Positions 26,315 through 35,458 of a DNA stretch of 40,275 bases are shown here, piece by piece. The position numbers and the translations under genes are program-made. The stretch's first letter is position 1. Every line of letters starts with the position of its first letter. Source of the stretch: a virus (Duplodnaviria; Caudoviricetes); IMG/VR virus record IMGVR_UViG_3300024232_000030, positions 1 through 40,275 of that record; one strand, given 5' to 3'. The notes under the pieces are model-generated. The model was not told where the DNA came from. It searched no databases and saw nothing but the letters and a program-made list of their open reading frames with translations.

Positions 26315-26615
26315 GGCCTTTGGCCCGTGTGTATACGTACTGCGGGATCCTCGGGACAACTCGATCAGATACGTTGGCCTGAGCACGAACCCCGCAGTAC
26401 GGTTCGCGCGACACCTTGAACGAGTAACAGATCAACACTGCGGCCGGTGGATCGCAAGCGTGCTGGCCTCCGGCCACATTCCCGTGATGGAGATCGTTGC
26501 GAGGCTCGATACGCTCGAGCGCGCGCAAGTGATGGAGATGGAGCTCATCGCAAAGCTTCGCTCGGCGGGCATGCAGTTGTGCAATCATACTGACGGGGGA
26601 GAGACAGGATCGTGA
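26262..26615 (+). CDS. GIY-YIG endonuclease
   Basis: VYVLRDPR..RYVG..RF..H..E..LCNxTDGGE; GTG start behind AAGGAGG. Confidence 0.85.
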   Translation: MKRKRRTRSRKARARSSRAFGPCVYVLRDPRDNSIRYVGLSTNPAVRFARHLERVTDQHCGRWIASVLASGHIPVMEIVARLDTLERAQVMEMELIAKLRSAGMQLCNHTDGGETGS

Positions 26616-27955
26616 GTGCTGAAGCACAACTCGACGAGCAAGAGGCCCGCGCCGCGCTGTATCGCGAGATGGTGCAAAGCATCATCGACTCAGCACAACC
26701 GGCGATTGAGGAGCTTGCGGCGATCGAGGCAGAGCTCGCAGCACGCCGGCTCGCCGACGCATTTCGATCTTCCGTCCCCCCGATCTTCAAGCCGTTCTGG
26801 GCACCGGCCCGGTACAAGGGGGCGCATGGCGGACGAGGCAGTGCGAAGAGCTGGAGCTTCGGCACGATGCTCCTTGAACGGGCGAACCGAGTTCCCGGCC
26901 TCCGCGCAGTCTGCGTCCGAGAGGTGCAACGTTCACTCGAGCAGAGCGTCAAGCGCTTACTCGAAGACCTCATCGAGAAGTTCGGTATCGGCGGCAGATT
27001 CAAAGTGTTGAACACGCATATCGAAACGCCGGGCGACGGGATCATCATCTTCCAGGGGATGCAGAATCACACTGCTGAAAGCATCAAGTCCCTGGAAGGG
27101 TATGATCTTGCGTGGGTTGAGGAAGCGCAATCGCTCTCAGAACGTTCGCTCACGCTGCTTCGTCCGACCCTCCGCAAGGAGGGCAGCGAGCTCTGGTTCA
27201 CCTGGAACCCCCGCCACGCATCGGATCCGATTGATCGATTCTTACGCGGCGGGTTGCAACCTCCGAACTCGATCGTGCTGAAGGCAACGTACCGCGATAA
27301 CCCGTACCTTCCGAGCGTGCTGCGGGAAGAGCTTGAATGGGACGAGTCCCGTGATCCTGATAAGTTCGCCCACATCTGGATGGGCGAGTACGAGAAGCAT
27401 AGTGAAACTCGCGTCTTCAAGAACTGGCGGGTGGATGACTTCGATACTCCCTCCGATGTATCGTTCCTCTTCGGGGGTGACTGGGGATTCTCGATCGATC
27501 CAACCGTCCTCCTTCGTGGATGGGTTGACGGGCGAACGCTCTTCATCGATCAGGAAGTGTATAAGGTCGGATGCGAGATCGATCGCACGCCTGAGCTCTT
27601 CGATCAGATCGGGAACGGTATGGCGCGCGGTTGGCAGATCGTGACAGATTCCGCAAGACCGGAGACGATCGCCTACATGCAGTCGCACGGCTACCCGAAC
27701 GTCGTTGCCGCGAAGAAGGGGCCGAACTCGGTGAAAGAGGGGATCGAGTTCCTGAAGTCGTATGACATCGTCATTCACCGTCGCTGCACGCACACGTCGG
27801 ACGAGTTCACGCATTACTCGTACAAACGCCACCCGCTCACGAACGAGATCACGCCCGTTCTTCAGGACAAGGAGAACCACGTGATCGATTCCGCCCGATA
27901 CATGGTCGAACCTCTCCGCTCTCCGCAAGAGCCGGAAGAGTTCGCAACTTGGTAG
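26612..27955 (+). CDS. terminase large subunit, PBSX family
   Basis: GGRGSAKS, WVEEA, TWNP, GGDWGF.DPT and NHVIDSARY motifs. Confidence 0.95.
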   Translation: MSAEAQLDEQEARAALYREMVQSIIDSAQPAIEELAAIEAELAARRLADAFRSSVPPIFKPFWAPARYKGAHGGRGSAKSWSFGTMLLERANRVPGLRAVCVREVQRSLEQSVKRLLEDLIEKFGIGGRFKVLNTHIETPGDGIIIFQGMQNHTAESIKSLEGYDLAWVEEAQSLSERSLTLLRPTLRKEGSELWFTWNPRHASDPIDRFLRGGLQPPNSIVLKATYRDNPYLPSVLREELEWDESRDPDKFAHIWMGEYEKHSETRVFKNWRVDDFDTPSDVSFLFGGDWGFSIDPTVLLRGWVDGRTLFIDQEVYKVGCEIDRTPELFDQIGNGMARGWQIVTDSARPETIAYMQSHGYPNVVAAKKGPNSVKEGIEFLKSYDIVIHRRCTHTSDEFTHYSYKRHPLTNEITPVLQDKENHVIDSARYMVEPLRSPQEPEEFATW

Positions 27956-27961
27956 CTCGAT

Positions 27962-28156
27962 ATGATCACACGACGTAACCTGCTCAAGCTTCTCGGCGTT
28001 GCCGCTGGCGCACCTATTGCACTGACCGACTCGCAGAAGGTCGTGGAGGCGGCGGTTCCAGTTCCTCCTGCACGTGTCGTGTATCCCGAGGAACTCAACA
28101 TCATCGCCTCTGGCGCGTACTACTCATCGCGGCCGTTCACGGAGCGAACCGAATGA
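27962..28156 (+). CDS. small protein with twin-arginine signal
   Basis: MITRRNLLKLLGVAAGAPIA. Confidence 0.6.
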   Translation: MITRRNLLKLLGVAAGAPIALTDSQKVVEAAVPVPPARVVYPEELNIIASGAYYSSRPFTERTE

Positions 28157-29028
28157 ACTCTCTTACCACGATCGTCCAAGTCCCCCAGAATGAGCAGACG
28201 CCACAGGTGAATCGGCGCCTAGGGCGCTTGCCGAGGAAGAGCTCACGTAAGGCGCTCCTCTTCAGCGACTTCTTCAAAGTGATGGTCGTGCCTCCGGCAA
28301 CGAACTTCTGGACGAAGCGCAGGGCACTGCCGCTCCGTTCCTTCGGGAACACTGACTACGGCGACTGCACCCGTGCGAAGCAGGCGATGGCGCAGATGCG
28401 CTTTGAACGCCTGGAGCAACGCTCCACGATCAACGTAACAGATGCAGAGGTCATTCGTGTCTACCTCGAAATGACCCAGCGCCTCTACGGAGGTGGAGAC
28501 ACTGGTGCGTACGAGGAAGATGCTCTCAACGAGTGGCGTCGGCCTGAAACCACCTTCAAGGATGTCAAGAGCCGGCCGTACACGATCGATGCATTCGTCG
28601 CACTTAACACTGCGAAGCAAGATGAGCTCCGCTCAGGCATTGCACTATCCGGTGCCCACGGCATCGCCGTTTGCTTCAACCTGCCTGCTGCTTGGGCTCC
28701 GCTCGGCGCAGGAGAGACCTGGGCACTGCCACCTGGGCAGTCGCTCACTGGTAACTGGATGCCGGGATCCTGGGGCGGACATTCCATGTGGGCGCTCGAC
28801 TACACGCAACGAGGGATGATGGTAGACGGAACGTGGAAAGATGGACCTCGCCTCGTGACGTGGGATGCAGTTGCTGCATACTGCGATGAAGCGCATATGG
28901 TGATCGACTCCGTCGATGCATGGAGGAAGAAGGTTGCAAAAAGCACGGTCGGCCACCTCGACCTCGATCGCGTCGTCGACGCAGTCAATGATGTATCGTC
29001 CTACCCGATCCTCCAAGGAGCTGCATGA
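28153..29028 (+). CDS. papain-like cysteine peptidase
   Basis: GNxxYGDCT, WGGH and TW motifs. Confidence 0.65.
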   Translation: MNSLTTIVQVPQNEQTPQVNRRLGRLPRKSSRKALLFSDFFKVMVVPPATNFWTKRRALPLRSFGNTDYGDCTRAKQAMAQMRFERLEQRSTINVTDAEVIRVYLEMTQRLYGGGDTGAYEEDALNEWRRPETTFKDVKSRPYTIDAFVALNTAKQDELRSGIALSGAHGIAVCFNLPAAWAPLGAGETWALPPGQSLTGNWMPGSWGGHSMWALDYTQRGMMVDGTWKDGPRLVTWDAVAAYCDEAHMVIDSVDAWRKKVAKSTVGHLDLDRVVDAVNDVSSYPILQGAA

Positions 29029-29297
29029 CCGCCCCGTTCGTTCTGACGTTCTCCTCGTTCGAAGAATTCATCATCTTCATCGCGTTCGTGCGGGGACTTG
29101 ACCTCTCCAGCACACGTGATCTCGCCGAGCTCACTGTCCGTATGCGACAGGTTGTGGAGGAGGTGGGCCATGTGACCGCAGTAGCAGAACAAGATGAATC
29201 AAGCTCAGACAACAGCGCGGGGATCAAAGACCCACGGGAGGCGCGCGGAGTACCTCCCATCGCAGTGTTCAGCACTGGAGAACGGGTGACTGTATGA
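29025..29297 (+). CDS. hypothetical protein
   Basis: ATGA-coupled ORF. Confidence 0.45.
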   Translation: MTAPFVLTFSSFEEFIIFIAFVRGLDLSSTRDLAELTVRMRQVVEEVGHVTAVAEQDESSSDNSAGIKDPREARGVPPIAVFSTGERVTV

Positions 29298-29434
29298 AAC
29301 AGATCAAGCACAAGCAGATGCAAGATGCAACGCTCATCAACGTCAGGTCGCTTCGCAAGGCGCTCGCCGTGCTTGAAGCGCGCGTTGATCGGAAGATTGC
29401 ACGACTGCTCAGAGCAGTGAAGAGGGCGAAGTGA
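29294..29434 (+). CDS. 46 aa basic protein
   Basis: Hand translation MKQIKHKQ...LLRAVKRAK; ATGA and GTGA overlaps on both sides. Confidence 0.5.
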   Translation: MKQIKHKQMQDATLINVRSLRKALAVLEARVDRKIARLLRAVKRAK

Positions 29435-31041
29435 CCGAAGGCCAGGCACAAGTCCCTCAGGTGATGGATCGGGAGCTAGAAGTCCGAGCGGCAGTGTCCG
29501 CCGTGATCGCTCGAGCGCAATTCCTCAAGCAAGCCGGGATCACGTTCAACGGCAAGCGCGACCTCTACGAGATTTTCGGATACGATCGCGTCCTTACTCC
29601 GAAGGACTACAGAGACCGATATGCGAGAGGCGGCATTGCGAAACGGATCGTCGAGGCTTACCCGAATGCCACTTGGCGAGGCGGCGTCGAGCTGATCGAG
29701 GATGAAGATCCCAAGAAGCATCCACCGTTCGAGCAGGATTGGATCTCGCTCGATTCCCGCTTGAAGGTTCAGAGCGTGCTGCGCAAGGCAGATATTCTCT
29801 CCGGTCTCTCCACCTACTCGGTCATCTTGATTGGAACGGCCGACGGCCAGCTCGATCAACCTTTGCCGCGAGGCAATGGGCCGGACGGCATCTTGTTCCT
29901 CTCGCCCTTCATGGGTGGCGGAGGTCCGACAGTCAACCCGAGCCTCACCGGCCTTCGTGGAAGCGCCTCATACGCAGAAGCGACAGTCAAGGATTACGAA
30001 GAAGACGTTCGCTCGCCGCGCTTCGCGATGCCGAAGACCTATCAGCTGAGTAGGGACACAGTCTCCAAGGCCTTGCAAATCCCCGTGCATTGGTCCCGTA
30101 TCATCCACCTGGCAGAGAACACACTTGACAACGAAGTTTTCGGTACTCCCACGCTCGAGGCATGTTGGAACCTTCTCGATGACCTCGACAAGGTCACAGG
30201 TGGTGGAGCTGAAGCTTACTTCCTTCGCGTGAATCGCGGCTTGCATCTCGACATGGATCGGGATATGGAGCTGAAGAAGGAAGCGAAGGAGGATCTCGCC
30301 GCGAACGTGGAGAAGTACGAGCACGGGATCCTGCGGATCCTGAAGACACGGGGGATCAAGGTCACGGACCTTGGCAGTGATGTCGCCAACATCACCGGGC
30401 CTGTCGACGCAATCCTCACGCAGATCGCTGGGACGAAAGGGATTCCCAAGCGCATTCTCACTGGCAGTGAGATGGGCGAGATGGCTTCCTCGCAGGACCG
30501 AGACAACTGGAAGGATCAGGTTGATGGTCGCCAAACCCAGTACGCTGGGCCGAGCGTCCTGCAGCAGCTCGTCGATCGGTTGATCGAGTACAAGTACCTC
30601 AGCGCACCAGGTGCAAAGGGCTACGAAGTCCGCTGGCCGCACATTCAAACCCTTACAGAAGCAGAACGGGCTGAAGGAGCGAAGGCTTGGGCGACGGTCA
30701 ACAAGGAGAATGGGAGTACCGTCTTCCTCGACTCCGAGATCCGGGACAAGTGGTATGGTATGGCCGCACTGACTCCCGATCAGCTCAAGATGCAGATGGA
30801 GCTTCAGCAAGCAGCGATGCCTCCGGCACCAACGCCTCCGGCACCAACGCCTGATCCAAATGCAGTTCCGGCAGACGCTCCGGCCTTGAAGGCTGCTGAA
30901 GAGCACTTGCTCGAGGAACTCGTTGTTGCAGTCCGGGAGAATGATCTCGAAGTGATCGACAGGATCCTTGGCCTCGACCACGAAGCAGTGCGGGTACTCA
31001 CTGACGAAGATCCAGCAGGAGAACATGAACTCGTCCATTGA
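29431..31041 (+). CDS. portal protein (DUF1073 family)
   Basis: RxGIAKRIV, VHWSRIIH and GIPKRILTG.E.G..AS..D motifs; position after TerL. Confidence 0.88.
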   Translation: MTEGQAQVPQVMDRELEVRAAVSAVIARAQFLKQAGITFNGKRDLYEIFGYDRVLTPKDYRDRYARGGIAKRIVEAYPNATWRGGVELIEDEDPKKHPPFEQDWISLDSRLKVQSVLRKADILSGLSTYSVILIGTADGQLDQPLPRGNGPDGILFLSPFMGGGGPTVNPSLTGLRGSASYAEATVKDYEEDVRSPRFAMPKTYQLSRDTVSKALQIPVHWSRIIHLAENTLDNEVFGTPTLEACWNLLDDLDKVTGGGAEAYFLRVNRGLHLDMDRDMELKKEAKEDLAANVEKYEHGILRILKTRGIKVTDLGSDVANITGPVDAILTQIAGTKGIPKRILTGSEMGEMASSQDRDNWKDQVDGRQTQYAGPSVLQQLVDRLIEYKYLSAPGAKGYEVRWPHIQTLTEAERAEGAKAWATVNKENGSTVFLDSEIRDKWYGMAALTPDQLKMQMELQQAAMPPAPTPPAPTPDPNAVPADAPALKAAEEHLLEELVVAVRENDLEVIDRILGLDHEAVRVLTDEDPAGEHELVH

Positions 31042-32290
31042 GCTTCGCCGCACGCCTGAACAAGCAGGAGCGCTGCTCCTCTCCTTCATCAAGCAGCGTG
31101 TGCTCGGTGGAGCCGGCTCGGGCAACTTCGGGCATGAGGGTCGGCCAGGAGAGGTTGGTGGCAGTGGTCCTGGCGGTGCTGGCGAGAAGACAAAGCACAC
31201 TCCTGAACAGATCAAGCAAGCCCTGCAGATGAAGGCGGATGGGAAGACCTACAAGCAGATTACAGCTGCGACGGGATTGAAGCACGGAACACTGAACTAC
31301 TACGTGAAGAAGCAGAACGCCGCTGAGGAGATGATCGGCGGGAAGCTCTTTACGCCAGGTGGTGGAGATAAGCCCAGTATCCAGGGGCAGAAGATTTCCG
31401 GGCCTGTGTTTACGGAGGAGGCAGGAACGCCTGCCGCTTCCGCTGGAAGCAAGTTCGATCAATCATCCATCTCCGCAACGCCGACTACTGCTCCTAGTAG
31501 CGCTGGAGACAAGGCCGCCCTCGCCGAGAAGTACGGGTATGATTGGAAGGAGAAGACCTTCGGCCCGAACGCGGGGAAGTATGCGTGGTTCCAGAACAAC
31601 GTGCAAGTCTCCGCACCGTTCGCCAAGGATCAAGCAGAGAGCGCTGCCGCCGGCATGCACTATGGAACAGGGCCGAAGGCTCCAGCAGCTCCTTTCACCG
31701 ATGCGCATGCGACTGACTGGCCAATTGGGAATAGCGTTCCGCGAAGCATCGGCACGAAGTACCCGGCGGAAGTTGCAAGCAAGTACAACGGTTGGGCGTC
31801 CTCTCTTCCAAGCGCCGAGTATCAGTCCGTCCATGATTACACAGGTAATGAGTACTCCGATATCAACCACGCAATGAGGAAAGGTGAACTCAATTCATAT
31901 GCTGGGAAGCAAGGTCTGCGAATCCAATCCGCTCTCTCGAAAGCGCCCACTCCTCCTCCGCCCGAGCTCGTCTGGCGTGGGTTAAATGGCGGCGCTGCCA
32001 AGGCACTTGCGAATGAAGACATCGGCGTTGGAGGAGTCATTCGCCTGAAAGGTTTTCAGAGCACTAGTATCAACCCGGACTTCGCTGCAGGCTGGCATCA
32101 CGGTGGACAGGAAGTTCCCCTTCTCGAGATCAAGCCGAAGGTTGGAGCATACGTTCAACCGATCAGCTCGCATAAGAACGAGCGAGAGTTTCTTCTCCCG
32201 CACGATGCGAAGTATGTCGTGAAGGGGATTGCGCACGTGAAGTTCAAAGGCCACGGCACCGTGAAAGTCATGCAGCTGGAGATGCAGTGA
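31025..32290 (+). CDS. ADP-ribosyltransferase (R-S-E clade) with Gly-rich leader and HTH
   Basis: YT..Y..IN..R, VWRG, GFQSTS and NEREFLLP motifs; AGGAG SD before ATG 31025. Confidence 0.88.
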   Translation: MNSSIELRRTPEQAGALLLSFIKQRVLGGAGSGNFGHEGRPGEVGGSGPGGAGEKTKHTPEQIKQALQMKADGKTYKQITAATGLKHGTLNYYVKKQNAAEEMIGGKLFTPGGGDKPSIQGQKISGPVFTEEAGTPAASAGSKFDQSSISATPTTAPSSAGDKAALAEKYGYDWKEKTFGPNAGKYAWFQNNVQVSAPFAKDQAESAAAGMHYGTGPKAPAAPFTDAHATDWPIGNSVPRSIGTKYPAEVASKYNGWASSLPSAEYQSVHDYTGNEYSDINHAMRKGELNSYAGKQGLRIQSALSKAPTPPPPELVWRGLNGGAAKALANEDIGVGGVIRLKGFQSTSINPDFAAGWHHGGQEVPLLEIKPKVGAYVQPISSHKNEREFLLPHDAKYVVKGIAHVKFKGHGTVKVMQLEMQ

Positions 32291-32511
32291 CATACAGTCC
32301 GAGCAAGAAATTCACCGCGACTGAGGATGATGTCGAGGTCCTTGAGAAGGGTGAAGCCTTCCTCTTGAACGAGGAGGACCTCGAGATCGGACGACAGCGT
32401 ATCGCGCAGGGTGAAGCACCGGCGGATGTTGCGAAGGATTTGGCACTTGAGTCTGTATCGCTCCTTCCTGCGCCGGACGCTTCGAAGCAGAAACCTAAGG
32501 AGGAAGAATGA
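32287..32511 (+). CDS. small acidic protein coupled to the ART gene
   Basis: GTGA overlap; acidic composition. Confidence 0.6.
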   Translation: MTYSPSKKFTATEDDVEVLEKGEAFLLNEEDLEIGRQRIAQGEAPADVAKDLALESVSLLPAPDASKQKPKEEE

Positions 32512-32651
32512 CAACACCATCAACACCAAAGCCGTCAGCACCACCTACTCCAGCCCCAACGAAGAGTACTCCGCCAACTTCCCATCCGAGCGGTGGAGCA
32601 CCAACGTCTCCATCCGCGCCTGGGACTTCGTCGCCGAAGGGCGGGAGCTAG
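32508..32651 (+). CDS. 47 aa Pro/Ser/Thr-rich peptide
   Basis: Hand translation MTTPSTPKPSAPPTPAPTKSTPPTSHPSGGAPTSPSAPGTSSPKGGS; AAGGAGG SD. Confidence 0.55.
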   Translation: MTTPSTPKPSAPPTPAPTKSTPPTSHPSGGAPTSPSAPGTSSPKGGS

Positions 32652-32654
32652 CCG

Positions 32655-34985
32655 ATGCCAGGGCGTCCGCATCACTCCGACAAGATGAAGAGCTGCGTTG
32701 ACAAGCTCACTGCCAAGGGCAAGAGCGAGGCGGACGCCTTTGCAATTTGCACCGTGTCTCTCAAGAAGGCCGGGGAGCCGATCTTCGAAGCAGCTGCCTC
32801 TGGCAGCCCGGAAGAGGAAACGCAGCTTCGTGCTGCTGCTTGGCCAATGGAAGCCGGCCACGTTCGCGGTTCGCAGGGTGGGCCTTCAGCCTCTCACTCC
32901 GACGCAAGCGCTGCGCATGCTAAGGCAAGTGCCGCACACGAGGCAGCTGCAGCCGCAATTCGCTCGAAGAGTGCGAACGCCGCGGAGCAGCAGAGCAAAG
33001 CCTTTGCCGCAACCCGTAAAGCGCACAGCGAGAGCATGAGCGCCGGGTTCGCAGAACAGTTCGCAGCGAAAGCTGCAAAGAGCTACGCGGGGATGGCCGC
33101 CAAGGCGGAGACTGCTGGAAGCGCTGCTCTCTTCCACGAGATGGCAGCAACGTACCACGGAAGCGCGGCGCACGCACACATGAACGAGCCGAAGACGTCT
33201 CCCGAGCTCACCGCTGCTGAGGTTGCAGACGACGTAGTGCTTCAAGCACTAGAAGCAGGAGATGCCCACTTCGAGGAGATTCGTGCCCTCACTGGGAAGT
33301 CGCGTATCGAGAAAAAGGATGGGAAGGACTTCCTCGTCGTCCCAGTCACAGCTCTTCGCGAAGGCGTAATCCATGCAGTGAATGCAAAAGTGCCCGAGTT
33401 CGTTCCTGCAAGCGTACTCGCGATCGCTCCGAGTACGTGGAACGGGCGACCGCTCGTGCTCGGGCACCCAACATATCAAGGGATTCCCATCAGCGCCAAT
33501 CACCCGCGCATCCTCGAAGAGCGATCCTTCGGCCAGGTCTTCAACTCTCGCTACGCGAACAAAGAGCTCCTGATGGAGGCGTGGATAGATCAAGAGAAGC
33601 TCGAGACGCTCGATGCAAAACTGCTCCAGCGCTTGCGCGACGAGGATCAAGTTGAAGTGAGCGTCGGTGCGCTCACACGCACTGCGAAGTCTGCTGGCGT
33701 ACATGGTGGGAAGAAGTTCTCCGCCGTGTGGAAAGATATTCTCTCCGACCACCTCGCATTCCTCCCGGACGCTCGAGGAGCTTGCTCCGTCGAGATGGGC
33801 TGTGGAACATTCCGTGCGGCAGCTGCTGCAGAAGGAGAACCGATGAACATCTTCGATCGGGTCAAGGCGCTCATCGCCAAGGCTCGAGAGGCTCCGGCGG
33901 AGGAAATCTCCGAGGACGAGCTTCGCGTGGCAATTAGTAAGACTGAATCAGACAGTGATCAGCGCAAGGCGTTGCTCGAGGCACTTCGTGCCATGGAACC
34001 GGGCGTGTACGACATCGTCGCGATGTACTCCGACAGGATCATCTACCCAACCTACGAAGGTGGGAAGACCTGCTACTACGTCCGGAAGTACACAGGCGAT
34101 GCAGCGTCCGGCTACAAGATCGATGGGAATCGGACGGAAGTTGAACTCGTGTCGGATTGGCAACCCGTCGCTGCGGCCAGTCGCCAGATGGACTGCCCGG
34201 AATGCGATGGCGCAGGTAAGATGAAGACCGGAAAGGACTGCCCGACGTGCGATGGCACCGGACAAGTCCCTTACGCAAAGCGTGCAGCAGAAGGCACACC
34301 CACGGATCCGCCCGCTCCGGTTCCGACGCCCTCTGCTTCAGCAGTAGCAAGTGCAGAATCAGTTGGAGATGCAAGCGCAGAAGTGAAGCCAGCACCCAAG
34401 GCACTCGAACACGCAAACGACGCGGCGAAGCCGCCGTGCGGATGCAAATCAGGAGAACCAATGAGCAAAGAAACACGTGAAGAGGTGATCAAGGGCCTCG
34501 TGGAGAGCAAGTACAGCGGCTTCACGACAGGCGACGAGAAGATGCTCGAGGCTGCAAGCGACGAGCGTCTCGAAGGGTTCCGCGTCGCAGCGGAAGCCCG
34601 GAAGAACGAGAGCGAGCAGAACCGCGCTGCCGCCACCCGCGAGCTCACGACCGAAGACTTCATGAAGGTCGCGCCGCCGGAGATCAAGAGCCTTCTCGAC
34701 AAGACGCAGAAGGCGGAAACGGAACGCAAGGGCTTCCTCGTCACGGAGCTCAAGGCGTGCCAGAGCGAGTACAGCGAGGCTGAACTCTCGAACATGAAGC
34801 TCGAGGATCTCGAGCGGCTTGCTCGCGTGTCAGGTGCGGATGTTCCGCCGGCTGACTACACTGCACGTGGCCTCTCGCGCTTCCCGAGCAAGGAAGACCG
34901 CGCGAAAGACGTGTACGCGAATCCGCCGAATCCGTATAAGCTCGCGATCGCCAAGGCAAAGGGCGAACAGCCGAAAGCTTCGTAG
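32655..34985 (+). CDS. prohead protease (DUF2213) fused to scaffold regions
   Basis: WNGRPLVLGHP, VEVSVG and DHLAFLP..GACS...GCG motifs; helical C-terminus. Confidence 0.88.
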   Translation: MPGRPHHSDKMKSCVDKLTAKGKSEADAFAICTVSLKKAGEPIFEAAASGSPEEETQLRAAAWPMEAGHVRGSQGGPSASHSDASAAHAKASAAHEAAAAAIRSKSANAAEQQSKAFAATRKAHSESMSAGFAEQFAAKAAKSYAGMAAKAETAGSAALFHEMAATYHGSAAHAHMNEPKTSPELTAAEVADDVVLQALEAGDAHFEEIRALTGKSRIEKKDGKDFLVVPVTALREGVIHAVNAKVPEFVPASVLAIAPSTWNGRPLVLGHPTYQGIPISANHPRILEERSFGQVFNSRYANKELLMEAWIDQEKLETLDAKLLQRLRDEDQVEVSVGALTRTAKSAGVHGGKKFSAVWKDILSDHLAFLPDARGACSVEMGCGTFRAAAAAEGEPMNIFDRVKALIAKAREAPAEEISEDELRVAISKTESDSDQRKALLEALRAMEPGVYDIVAMYSDRIIYPTYEGGKTCYYVRKYTGDAASGYKIDGNRTEVELVSDWQPVAAASRQMDCPECDGAGKMKTGKDCPTCDGTGQVPYAKRAAEGTPTDPPAPVPTPSASAVASAESVGDASAEVKPAPKALEHANDAAKPPCGCKSGEPMSKETREEVIKGLVESKYSGFTTGDEKMLEAASDERLEGFRVAAEARKNESEQNRAAATRELTTEDFMKVAPPEIKSLLDKTQKAETERKGFLVTELKACQSEYSEAELSNMKLEDLERLARVSGADVPPADYTARGLSRFPSKEDRAKDVYANPPNPYKLAIAKAKGEQPKAS

Positions 34986-35012
34986 TAGGCGCGTTGCGCC
35001 GGAGGACAAGAG

Positions 35013-35456
35013 ATGTCAATCACCAAGTATCCGCCGAATACGATTTGGCTCGGCGGTCCAAGGACGGAGATCGGGGACATCCCCGCAAAGGAAATCATCA
35101 CGCCCGGCATGTTGGTCGAGCGGACGAGTGATTCCAACGTCCACAAATGGCAGAAGCATAGCGTTGCCGGGGGAACGGGAACTGCGTTCGCGACCGAGCA
35201 GAGCATGCTGAACAAGACAGTTGATGATACGTACGCTGCAGGCGACTTGATGGAAGTCACCGAAGGTGGACACGGCACCAACTGGTGGGCAATCATCGCG
35301 TCTGGTGCGAACATCGCACGTGGCGCAAAACTCGAGAGCGCAGGGAACGGAAAGCTGCGGGCGTACACGTCCGGCGTGCAGGCTTTCGTCGCACTCGAAG
35401 CGAAAGACAACTCCGCTGGTCCCGGTGACGCGCGGATCCGAGTGGAGGTGGCGTAG
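35013..35456 (+). CDS. head decoration/cement protein
   Basis: Position before MCP; ITPGMLV, YAAGD and LESAGNGKL motifs. Confidence 0.75.
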   Translation: MSITKYPPNTIWLGGPRTEIGDIPAKEIITPGMLVERTSDSNVHKWQKHSVAGGTGTAFATEQSMLNKTVDDTYAAGDLMEVTEGGHGTNWWAIIASGANIARGAKLESAGNGKLRAYTSGVQAFVALEAKDNSAGPGDARIRVEVA

Positions 35457-35458
35457 CC

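Noticed and set aside
30819-30852. 15 bp tandem duplication
   Set aside because: Simply encodes a PPAPT linker repeat in the portal tail
29431-31041. Anti-CBASS Acb1 nuclease fusion in the portal
   Set aside because: No 2H phosphoesterase HxT motif pair is evident in the C-terminal extension
34190-34265. DnaJ chaperone
   Set aside because: Only two CxxCxGxG repeats and no J-domain HPD motif; embedded in the scaffold
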